A stretch of DNA of 64,000 nucleotides from a virus. Taxonomy: Duplodnaviria; Caudoviricetes. The DNA lies in the IMG/VR virus record IMGVR_UViG_3300015375_000872, positions 481 to 64,480 of that record; one strand, written 5' to 3'. Position 1 is the stretch's first letter; every line of letters begins with the position of its first letter. A program made the translations under genes and the position numbers. Positions 8,494-16,133 of the stretch are shown piece by piece. The notes beneath the pieces are model-generated. The model had not been told where the DNA came from. It was given only the letters and a program-made list of their open reading frames with translations, and ran no database searches.

Positions 8494-9318
8494 ATGATGG
8501 ATGCTTTGCAACCTGGTGACGACTCACCCGCCTTTAGTGGGAATCCAGACCCTACACAGAGGGAACCCAGAAAGCCTAATAAAACACAGAAACGGGTAGT
8601 TATTTTATTAATAACAATTGCAGTCTGTGGCTTCATTAGCTGGGTAGGTAATCAATCGGGGATAATTAAAAAATTTGCTCCTAATGTTCCTGTTGCTGAA
8701 TCCGTGAATAATACACAGCCAATGGCAGTAGAAGCGACTGGACAAAACCCAACTGAAACTAACAGTGATTCTGGAGAATTTCAACCCTCTCCTGATTTGG
8801 AAGTCCAACGTAATGAGCAACTAGAGAAGGCACTCAATGAGGTTGGATTTCAGATTAACAACCTCAGTGAAGCTGTTGCTGAGGATTTCCTTTTACAAGC
8901 CAGAACAGCTATTGCCAAAGAGCCAATTTCTATCGAGTTGTTTCTAGTCAAGAAGATTAACTATTTGGCCAATAAATTAGACAAGGCAACACTAGAAGGT
9001 GAATTCACGGGGAGTGCAAAAGAACGAGAGAAAGCAGCCAACTTACTGTTTGAGGTTTGGGGGAACCTCTTAGCTCTTAAAAAGCATTGGTCAACAACCG
9101 CAGGGAATCAGATTCAATTAAATTTTACCTCTGTTAATGTTTCGGTTTTAGCGAGTGACGTTCGACAATTTAGTGAAACAGCAATGACCTTGAGAGCGTT
9201 GACTTATGAACAACAAAAACGCACTGAGGCACTACAAAAACAACTTGAATTAGAAGCCAAAAAACAAGCTGAGTTAGAAGCTAAAAAGGAGGTGAAAAAA
9301 GATGGTAAAACCAAGTAG
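8494..9318 (+). CDS. Single-pass membrane protein with helical/coiled-coil C-terminal domain
   Basis: KRVVILLITIAVCGFISWVG TM segment; heptad C-terminus. Confidence 0.75.
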   Translation: MMDALQPGDDSPAFSGNPDPTQREPRKPNKTQKRVVILLITIAVCGFISWVGNQSGIIKKFAPNVPVAESVNNTQPMAVEATGQNPTETNSDSGEFQPSPDLEVQRNEQLEKALNEVGFQINNLSEAVAEDFLLQARTAIAKEPISIELFLVKKINYLANKLDKATLEGEFTGSAKEREKAANLLFEVWGNLLALKKHWSTTAGNQIQLNFTSVNVSVLASDVRQFSETAMTLRALTYEQQKRTEALQKQLELEAKKQAELEAKKEVKKDGKTK

Positions 9319-10729
9319 TTTCACAAAGGATAATTGGGGAGTTGCCATCGCTACAACATTAGGATTATCAGCTATTGGATTGTTTACCGCATCTTCAACC
9401 CAAGTGGAGGATATAAAAGGAATTTCACCTTATCAAAACCAAAAGGGTGAATGGGGTCATACATTAGTTATCGAACGTAAGCCTATGGAGAATTCCCCTT
9501 TATTGTTCCTCTTGGGTTTGGGATGTCTCGGAGGACTAGCAGGGACTCTTTTAGGGGATGATTCTATGGTCAAGATTGAATCCCTGCCAAACACAGTGCC
9601 GGACACAGTAAATAAAAGTCTGGCCTGGACAGTTTGGGGTATTGGTCAAGCTTTGGACAGCTTAGGAGAATGGGGCGAGAAGGGTTACTCTAAATCTTCT
9701 CAATTGGTTATTCGAGCTATCCCGCCGGAAATCAAAAGCAAATTTCAATCAATCAAGAATGACCATGCTTGGGTGTCAGATTTCCTTGCCTTACCTCACC
9801 AGAGAATCACAGGGGGGACTGGTTCAGGTAAATCAAAATTATTGGGCTTGGTCATCTCCCAGTGGCTCGAAAACAATCCCAATGGACAACTTTTTGTTGC
9901 AGACCCAAACTACGGAAAACCTGATGACGATGGCTATCTTAATGATTGGTTTGGGCTTGACTCGAAGTGGATTAAACAACCCGATGATGAAATTGATTGT
10001 TTGATTGATTATGTTCACGGTGAACTTGATAAACGGATTAAAACTTGTGTGGATGGGGTCAAGAATGGGGCTAAAAAGCTTTCTGACCTTCAAATTGACC
10101 TAACACCAATTTGCTTAATTTGTGAAGAGTTCGATTCGATTGTTGAACGTTACAAGAGCGACAAAACATCATCTCGCTTTGAAAAATTAATCGAAATCAT
10201 TAAGCAGGGAAGGGGTTACAAAATCAAACTAATCCCAGTTGGACAAAGTGCTTCAGTTGGCGAAGGTGGTTTTTCACTTGCAACCCTTGAGAATATCGCT
10301 CAATTAATCATCTGTTACCCATCTATTCCTGAAAGTCAATTAAGGTACTTAGGAGGTGCAAAAGATGAACTAATCGAAATAGTAGAACGGTTAATCAAAG
10401 AGGGTAAACGTCCTGCTATTTGTACAATCAAAGGTCAATCAAGAGTTGTTACAATTCCTGACCTATCAGGATTTAACGTCACTTTTACCAACAGTAACCC
10501 AGTTGACCCCGATGATATTTGGTGGCAGGAAATCAACACGGAAACCTTTAAATTATCTCTTGAACTCCGAGCCGTTAAATATTCTCAAGGATTGATTCAA
10601 TCACCACTTAAACAAATTTGTTCTGAGATTGGGATTGAGCCACGCTCAACAAATAAACGGTATACCCAATACCTTAAACCCGTGTGGGAATCTGCACTAT
10701 CTGAAGCCAAAACACTCGCTAAAAACTAG
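9302..10729 (+). CDS. Membrane-anchored FtsK/HerA-superfamily P-loop ATPase
   Basis: Two N-terminal TM segments, Walker A GGTGSGKS, LFVADP strand, Walker B ICEEFD, arginine-finger KQGRG, basic C-terminal helical tail. Confidence 0.8.
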   Translation: MVKPSSFTKDNWGVAIATTLGLSAIGLFTASSTQVEDIKGISPYQNQKGEWGHTLVIERKPMENSPLLFLLGLGCLGGLAGTLLGDDSMVKIESLPNTVPDTVNKSLAWTVWGIGQALDSLGEWGEKGYSKSSQLVIRAIPPEIKSKFQSIKNDHAWVSDFLALPHQRITGGTGSGKSKLLGLVISQWLENNPNGQLFVADPNYGKPDDDGYLNDWFGLDSKWIKQPDDEIDCLIDYVHGELDKRIKTCVDGVKNGAKKLSDLQIDLTPICLICEEFDSIVERYKSDKTSSRFEKLIEIIKQGRGYKIKLIPVGQSASVGEGGFSLATLENIAQLIICYPSIPESQLRYLGGAKDELIEIVERLIKEGKRPAICTIKGQSRVVTIPDLSGFNVTFTNSNPVDPDDIWWQEINTETFKLSLELRAVKYSQGLIQSPLKQICSEIGIEPRSTNKRYTQYLKPVWESALSEAKTLAKN

Positions 10730-10740
10730 GAGAATCTACC

Positions 10741-10977
10741 ATGAAAATCTTTAAATATACATTAATCACATTAGTCGCTTTAACTGTTTATTTTGGAGTT
10801 AAAGACCTAACTGTAGATGGTGTCTTAAAAGCTGGCGTTGAGAAAGGATGGGGTGTAGTTAATTTATTGTTCGGAGGCAACATTAACGCATCTAACAGCC
10901 GTCCGTTACCTCCCAATCAAGGTGATGATTCAGAGGCACAATTAACACCCATTGAAGAATTAAAGGATGTTGAATAA
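10741..10977 (+). CDS. Small membrane protein
   Basis: N-terminal TM YTLITLVALTVYFGV; AGGAG RBS. Confidence 0.7.
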   Translation: MKIFKYTLITLVALTVYFGVKDLTVDGVLKAGVEKGWGVVNLLFGGNINASNSRPLPPNQGDDSEAQLTPIEELKDVE

Positions 10978-11330
10978 TGCGATTCATCTACTATTCTGGC
11001 TCACTCCTTGGGTGGGCTTTTCTAATCTATTTTTGCTGGAATCAGTCTATCCCTTGGTGGTTTAAAAAGGGTGTATCCGAGTCGGTTAAAGCTGTTCCTG
11101 AAATTGCCAAAACAATTCCTAAAGATGATTGGGGGAAACCCAAGGAAGAACCTAAAAAAGATGGTGATAAACCATCGGAATCGGAATCAAAAACCGAACA
11201 ATCAGAACAGTCCAAAAAATTGTTTTCAGGTGAGATTCAAGTCGGAAAATTGCGTTCACGGTATAACCTTGATATCCCACAGGATAAGCAGTCAGAGTCA
11301 GTCGGTAAGCAAGATATGGGAGCTAAGTAG
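10977..11330 (+). CDS. Small membrane protein
   Basis: N-terminal TM SLLGWAFLIYFCW; TAATG coupling to the previous gene. Confidence 0.7.
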   Translation: MRFIYYSGSLLGWAFLIYFCWNQSIPWWFKKGVSESVKAVPEIAKTIPKDDWGKPKEEPKKDGDKPSESESKTEQSEQSKKLFSGEIQVGKLRSRYNLDIPQDKQSESVGKQDMGAK

Positions 11331-11332
11331 AT

Positions 11333-11914
11333 ATGAACAATAGGAAGATTGAGGAGAGGTTGAGCGAGTTAGAATCAAACCTTGATGATGTTTGGTTTTG
11401 GGTTTTTATTGTTGCAATTTTGTTAGGGTTCAGTGTTGTTAAATTCGGGTCAATCTCTCCTCAGACTTCCACACAACAAAACACCCAGTCCTCAACATTC
11501 CAACCATCAAAAGATGCTCCTAAATTTATTTATCCACTGCCATCGAAAGTAACAATTGGGTCGGGTTTTGGGATGCGTACACACCCAGTCACCGGGAAAC
11601 AACAAATGCACTCCGGTGTTGATATGGGAGCAGCAACGGGTACACCTATTTATGCTGTTGCTGATGGTCAAGTAGAGAGTGCTAGAGAGTTGGGTAACTG
11701 TGGTAACGGGGTTAGGATTAATCACAGTGGCGGTTATATGAGCGTTTACTGCCACGCTTCAAAATTGTTAGTAAAGGTTGGTCAATCGGTCAAGAGCGGC
11801 GACACTATCGCGCTAGTTGGTTCAACCGGAATGAGTACAGGCCCTCACTTGCATTTAGGGATGAAATTAAATGGCGAGTGGATTGACCCTAAAAAAGTTG
11901 TGCCTTTGGAGTAG
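11333..11914 (+). CDS. Membrane-anchored M23 metallo-endopeptidase
   Basis: HSGVD, YCH and HLH zinc motifs; TM VWFWVFIVAILLGFSVV. Confidence 0.92.
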   Translation: MNNRKIEERLSELESNLDDVWFWVFIVAILLGFSVVKFGSISPQTSTQQNTQSSTFQPSKDAPKFIYPLPSKVTIGSGFGMRTHPVTGKQQMHSGVDMGAATGTPIYAVADGQVESARELGNCGNGVRINHSGGYMSVYCHASKLLVKVGQSVKSGDTIALVGSTGMSTGPHLHLGMKLNGEWIDPKKVVPLE

Positions 11915-11920
11915 AAATCA

Positions 11921-12532
11921 ATGGAAATATTCAACAATTTAATGATGTGTGGAGTAGTCGGATTCACAGCTTTAAATCTTCTGCAATCTCCAGCAATTCA
12001 GCAAGTAGTTACTAATACAAATTCTGGAAATGTAGCCACTGCAAGCGCACCGGAAGACATCAAAAAAGCCGTTAGTGAAGCAGGGATAAATGATGAACAG
12101 TTCACATGGGCTATAGCTCATATTTTAAAAGTTGAAGGAGGTTGGTCTAACCATCCATCTGATAGAGGTGGAGCGACTAAGTATGGAATCATTGAATCAG
12201 TCGCAAAACGTCACGGTTTTAGCGTTTCATCTATCACTCTACCGCAAGCTATCAAGATTTATCATACTGATTATTGGATAGCTTCAGGAGCGAATAAAGC
12301 CCCTAACCCACTGAATTTAGCTATCATGAATTCATACGTCAATAGTGGTAAGAAGTGGTCAATTAGTGGTTCAAACCCACAAGAACAAGCGTTGAACTAT
12401 ATCAAGCAACAGGATGATTATTATATAAGGATTTATACTTCTAACCCATCACAAACAGTTTTTAAAAATGGGTGGCATCGTAGAACAAAATATATGGAGG
12501 ATGCGGTCAAGGGAGGTAATCCAAAATGGTAA
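11921..12532 (+). CDS. Glycoside hydrolase family 108 lysozyme with N-terminal hydrophobic anchor
   Basis: EGGWSNHPSDRGGATKYGI signature; C-terminal FKNGWHRR. Confidence 0.9.
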   Translation: MEIFNNLMMCGVVGFTALNLLQSPAIQQVVTNTNSGNVATASAPEDIKKAVSEAGINDEQFTWAIAHILKVEGGWSNHPSDRGGATKYGIIESVAKRHGFSVSSITLPQAIKIYHTDYWIASGANKAPNPLNLAIMNSYVNSGKKWSISGSNPQEQALNYIKQQDDYYIRIYTSNPSQTVFKNGWHRRTKYMEDAVKGGNPKW

Positions 12533-12537
12533 AAATA

Positions 12538-12568
12538 AAACCCTACTAAAAATCACATAGTAGGGTTT
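12538..12568 (+). terminator. Probable terminator closing the membrane operon
   Basis: AAACCCTACTA...TAGTAGGGTTT inverted repeat. Confidence 0.65.
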
Positions 12569-12696
12569 GTCTGGAGCAATTAAAAGGAGTTTTCTTAATA
12601 AAATTATATCACAATAAAATATTGATTATTAAAAAATATTGATTATTAAATAATAGATGTTATAATAATAATTATCAAAAGATTGGAGTTATTTTA

Positions 12697-13101
12697 ATGG
12701 CAATAAAAGGATTTTATGGTAGTTTCAGGAAAATATCAAAATCAGAGCTTGAGTCTAAAAAACAAATGTTTAACAAGGAATTTAAAAGGGTTCCAACCTG
12801 TGATGAAGCATTTGTTAATAATCAATATTGTGTAATGGTTTTTAATCGGTTTGTGGAGATGTTTGACTGGGGTGGTGAGATAAAACATCTTGTTATCAAA
12901 CCTGCTGATAATAAACCAATTAGAAACCATTGGAAGACTTTACAAGCAATCAAAAACGAGATATGTGGCACTGAACAGAATGCCATTGAAATATACCCCA
13001 AAGAGTCAACATTGATAGATGAAGCCAATGTTTACCACCTTTGGGTGTTCCCTGAAAGTTTCGAGTTGACTTTTGGAATACATTTACCAGGATGGTTCTA
13101 G
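12697..13101 (+). CDS. Conserved phage hypothetical protein
   Basis: W..LQ.IKNEI.G...A.EIYP....L.D.AN.YHLW pattern typical of a widespread phage family. Confidence 0.7.
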   Translation: MAIKGFYGSFRKISKSELESKKQMFNKEFKRVPTCDEAFVNNQYCVMVFNRFVEMFDWGGEIKHLVIKPADNKPIRNHWKTLQAIKNEICGTEQNAIEIYPKESTLIDEANVYHLWVFPESFELTFGIHLPGWF

Positions 13102-13553
13102 TTGTGTTACCAGAGGAAGCTGCAATAATCATTAAATCAATCCCTAAAGGTGTCGAACGTTTCAGGTTTGATATTTGTCCTGAGATGACATTAAACAGGG
13201 TTGTAAGGATGCACCATCAGGTCATAGCTAAACATAAAAAGGACTGTACGTTATTGGCACAGCTTGACTGTAAAAACCATAAAAGGTTTGAGGATAAGGT
13301 ATGGATTGAAATATTTTACTTTCTGAAGAAAAATATTGACCCGGTTGATAACCTACCCGCAGCATTAAAACCTATTCTTGATGGCATGGTATCAGCCGGA
13401 ATAATCAAAAATGATAATATAAATGTGATTCAAAGTCCCCTGGTTTCATGGCACATAAAATTTACACCTAAACCAAACCAGAAAACTTGTGATTTTGTAT
13501 TTCTGTTGGTGTCAGAAAAACCGATTTTCAAAGGTAAATTTATTGAGGTTTAA
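13092..13553 (+). CDS. RusA-like Holliday junction resolvase
   Basis: DPVDNLPAALKPILDGMVSAGIIKND catalytic motif. Confidence 0.75.
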   Translation: MVLVVLPEEAAIIIKSIPKGVERFRFDICPEMTLNRVVRMHHQVIAKHKKDCTLLAQLDCKNHKRFEDKVWIEIFYFLKKNIDPVDNLPAALKPILDGMVSAGIIKNDNINVIQSPLVSWHIKFTPKPNQKTCDFVFLLVSEKPIFKGKFIEV

Positions 13554-13556
13554 TAG

Positions 13557-13616
13557 TTTAATAATGGATAAGAATACTTTGATTGGTTTAATAATGGATA
13601 AGAATATTTTGATTGA
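13557..13616 (+). repeat. 30-bp tandem duplication at a gene start
   Basis: TTTAATAATGGATAAGAATACTTTGATTGG / TTTAATAATGGATAAGAATATTTTGATTGA; creates two in-frame ATGs (13565, 13595). Confidence 0.85.
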
Positions 13617-13821
13617 TGAAATAATGATATCTTTAAAAGAAATTGATAAAAAGATATCAGCTATTGAGAATTCACTGATATCTTGTATTATAAAATATGA
13701 CGTTGAACGAGTTAGCTTTATTGAGAATCAATTGCTGCTTGAAAACCTGAACGGTCAAAAAGCAGCATATATCGAATGTCTAAAACATATTAAAGAATTG
13801 AATCACTTACCGGATAAATAA
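13565..13821 (+). CDS. Hypothetical coiled-coil protein (track start 13489)
   Basis: ORF continues from the duplicated ATG; coordinates approximate at the 5' end. Confidence 0.55.
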
Positions 13822-14237
13822 ACATATTCAACTCTTTTTAAGACATCATCTAAAAATTCTTTGATATTATCTAAGTCTGAAACATTGATAATATCTGATG
13901 CTGAGAATTTTAACATCAAGTTATAATGGTCTGAATCACATCTCTGTCTGAAATCGGTTCTTAGTAACACTGTAGGGATATCTTTGGCAAAAGCATAACC
14001 TAACTCCCAAGCCGTACCATCGTCAGTTTGAGTGCCATCACATACAGCCAATACGATATCTGATTCATTGATTTTGTTGACTAATTCACTAAACAAAATA
14101 GCATCATCATCGGTATTTGAAGAGTTTTGTGGTAGGAAAACTTCATATCCCAACTCCTCAAGAATTGCTGAAATCTTTTCGTTATATTCACGTTCAGCAA
14201 CAGAGAATAAAGCACCCGCTAAATATATTTTTAACAT
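13803..14237 (-). CDS. Nucleoside 2-deoxyribosyltransferase-family protein (NDT/DNPH1-like)
   Basis: IYLAGALFS, YEVFLPQ, SDIVLAVCDG, DDGTAWELGYA. Confidence 0.85.
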   Translation of the reverse strand: MLKIYLAGALFSVAEREYNEKISAILEELGYEVFLPQNSSNTDDDAILFSELVNKINESDIVLAVCDGTQTDDGTAWELGYAFAKDIPTVLLRTDFRQRCDSDHYNLMLKFSASDIINVSDLDNIKEFLDDVLKRVEYVYLSGK

Positions 14238-14286
14238 GATTATTTGTCGGTTAATTGTGTTAATATTATAGCAGAAATCTTATATT

Positions 14287-14622
14287 TTAGCTATCATGAT
14301 TAATCTCTGAATCAGGTTTAATTAATAAATATTTACTTAATTTTATATCATTAAAATCAAAATTTCCTGTTAGAATATCAAGGTCAATTTTGTTACAAAT
14401 TTCCTCAAGTTTTTTTCTGGTAGCAGCATCATCAAATTTACTGCCAGGTAAAGGGTTGAAACTATAGTTAACACCATTTAACCTAAAACGAATACGGCAT
14501 CCTGACCCGTGTTTGGAGATTTTCGCCCATTTCCTTAGCACGGGTTCTTTATTTTTTTTGACCATTATTTGACCAGAATATTTTTTATAGTGCTTGGAAT
14601 CGTTTGTTGATAGTCGTTCCAA
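14287..14622 (-). pseudogene. Stand-alone integrase arm-type DNA-binding domain; no catalytic tyrosine-recombinase domain
   Basis: CRIRFRLNGVNYSFNPLPG...KLEEICNKIDLDILTGNFD resembles the N-terminus of cyanobacterial phage integrases; a stop follows after about 110 aa. Confidence 0.55.
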
Positions 14623-14637
14623 ACTATAAGAATTGAC

Positions 14638-14670
14638 GGCTCATAACCCGAAGGTCAGTGGTTCAAATCC
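14638..14670 (+). other. 33-bp fragment of initiator tRNA-Met (anticodon loop to T-loop); att-like core
   Basis: GGCTCATAACCCGAAGGTCAGTGGTTCAAATCC matches the bacterial tRNA-fMet sequence as I recall it; no D-arm or acceptor stem. Confidence 0.75.
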
Positions 14671-15071
14671 TTGTCCATTGGCATTAAATTAATAACCGAA
14701 ATTATACGGTTAAAATCGTTTTCGAGGTCAGTTTGGACATTTTTAAGGTTTTTGCCATTAAAAATAATCTCCAATAGCTCATCGGCGGTGATACCGGAAT
14801 ACTTAACCACAGCATAAAAGGTGTCTAAAGACGGTAATGCTTTAGCATTCTCATACGAGGCAATAGAAGTCTGTTTGATACTGTTTCCGGCGGGCGTGTA
14901 GTCGCTGAGGTTGTCTGCCAATTCTCGTTGCGTAAGATTTCCCCTTAAATTTTTTATCAGATTACCAAAGCGACCCTGACATTGCGCCAAGGTATCGGTT
15001 TTGGATTCAAAATCATCATTATTGATTTTAACAATTGATAATTTTCGTTTCATACAAACCCTTAAAAACAA
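14655..15071 (-). CDS. XRE-family HTH repressor
   Basis: FGNLIKNLRGNLTQRELAD...IKQTSIASYENAKALPSLD. Confidence 0.85.
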   Translation of the reverse strand: MFLRVCMKRKLSIVKINNDDFESKTDTLAQCQGRFGNLIKNLRGNLTQRELADNLSDYTPAGNSIKQTSIASYENAKALPSLDTFYAVVKYSGITADELLEIIFNGKNLKNVQTDLENDFNRIISVINLMPMDKDLNH

Positions 15072-15181
15072 CTATTTTCATACTTACACATTGTTAATCG
15101 ATTTTCAAGAGCTTCTATAACAATATGTAAAATATTACTTATCAAAACAGTATTATAACCATAAAATAGAAGTATAAATGG

Positions 15182-15706
15182 TTGGTAATTAACGGAATGA
15201 TAGCTTTAAAGTCAAATACAGCTTTAGATTTCAAAGAACAGTCAAAACTAGGAAAACGTGGTGAAGAAACGATGGATAGGTTTTTTAGTAGATGGTTTGA
15301 TATTCATGAAATTAATGGTTATGAGCAATTGATTATTAAATATGACCGTGTATTTCAAGTTAAAGGTAATTCAGATGAAAAATATGAGGTTGAATATAAG
15401 ACTGATTTACAGGCAGTCAGAACCGGAAACTTTTATGTAGAAATCGATATGACCGATTCAAGGAAGGCAAGGAAGGGTTGGTTATATGAAACTCGTGCTG
15501 ATTGGATTGCTGTTTTAGTGGGCAATAAAATATATTTAACCGATACAGAAGTTTTAAGAAATCATATTTTTCGTTATAAAAATATTTACAAACAACGTAA
15601 ATCAAGACCAACATTTAATGGTCAATATTACTATCAAGCAATAGGATATTTAATGCCTTTAAAACATCTTGAAATGATAAGTAATATATATTCTATTGTT
15701 AGCTGA
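15182..15706 (+). CDS. Putative PD-(D/E)XK nuclease-fold protein
   Basis: YDRVF...EVEYKTD...TGNFYVEI pattern. Confidence 0.55.
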   Translation: MVINGMIALKSNTALDFKEQSKLGKRGEETMDRFFSRWFDIHEINGYEQLIIKYDRVFQVKGNSDEKYEVEYKTDLQAVRTGNFYVEIDMTDSRKARKGWLYETRADWIAVLVGNKIYLTDTEVLRNHIFRYKNIYKQRKSRPTFNGQYYYQAIGYLMPLKHLEMISNIYSIVS

Positions 15707-15736
15707 TAAGAATTATGCTATAATAATTTTACTGAG

Positions 15737-16096
15737 TTGGAAAGAGTTATGTTAATAAAAAATGATTGTGAAAAAATGAGTTTAAAAATATTTAACTTGA
15801 TTTTATCGGGTGAAGCGTTTAGATTATTTTTCTATATTTTTCCAGAGAAAGAAATCAAAGAAGAAGATTTTGGAGATATTGCAGATTTATGTTTTGGTGC
15901 ATCATTCCCTGATGCAACACAGGAACATCTAATAAAAAAATTAGAGGCTTCATTAGGTGAAATGGAGAAGGTGAGACTAATAAATGTGAAGAGAAACAGT
16001 CAAGGTGAAAGAGAGGAAATTATTATAAACCCTGAATCGGAGTGGATTAGAAAAAATGAGATTGACCCAATAAATCTTAATTTTGATGTTTTTTGA
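15737..16096 (+). CDS. Hypothetical protein
   Basis: ORF behind extended -10 TGCTATAAT (15716-15724). Confidence 0.65.
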   Translation: MERVMLIKNDCEKMSLKIFNLILSGEAFRLFFYIFPEKEIKEEDFGDIADLCFGASFPDATQEHLIKKLEASLGEMEKVRLINVKRNSQGEREEIIINPESEWIRKNEIDPINLNFDVF

Positions 16097-16133
16097 TTGT
16101 TAAATTTAAGTTCACAAAAACAGGAGTTAAACA

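Noticed and set aside
9302-10729. Genome-packaging ATPase of this phage
   Set aside because: The phage already has a GpA-like terminase, and this ATPase is membrane-anchored and lies among non-virion genes.
12616-12649. 17-bp tandem repeat AAAATATTGATTATTAA
   Set aside because: Low-complexity AT sequence in a promoter region; only two copies, not distinguishable from slippage.
13803-14237. Retron Ec86-type NDT effector system
   Set aside because: No reverse transcriptase or msr-msd nearby.
14638-14670. Functional tRNA-Met gene
   Set aside because: Only the anticodon loop to T-loop is present; there is no D-arm or acceptor stem, and it overlaps a CDS. Kept only as an att-like relic.
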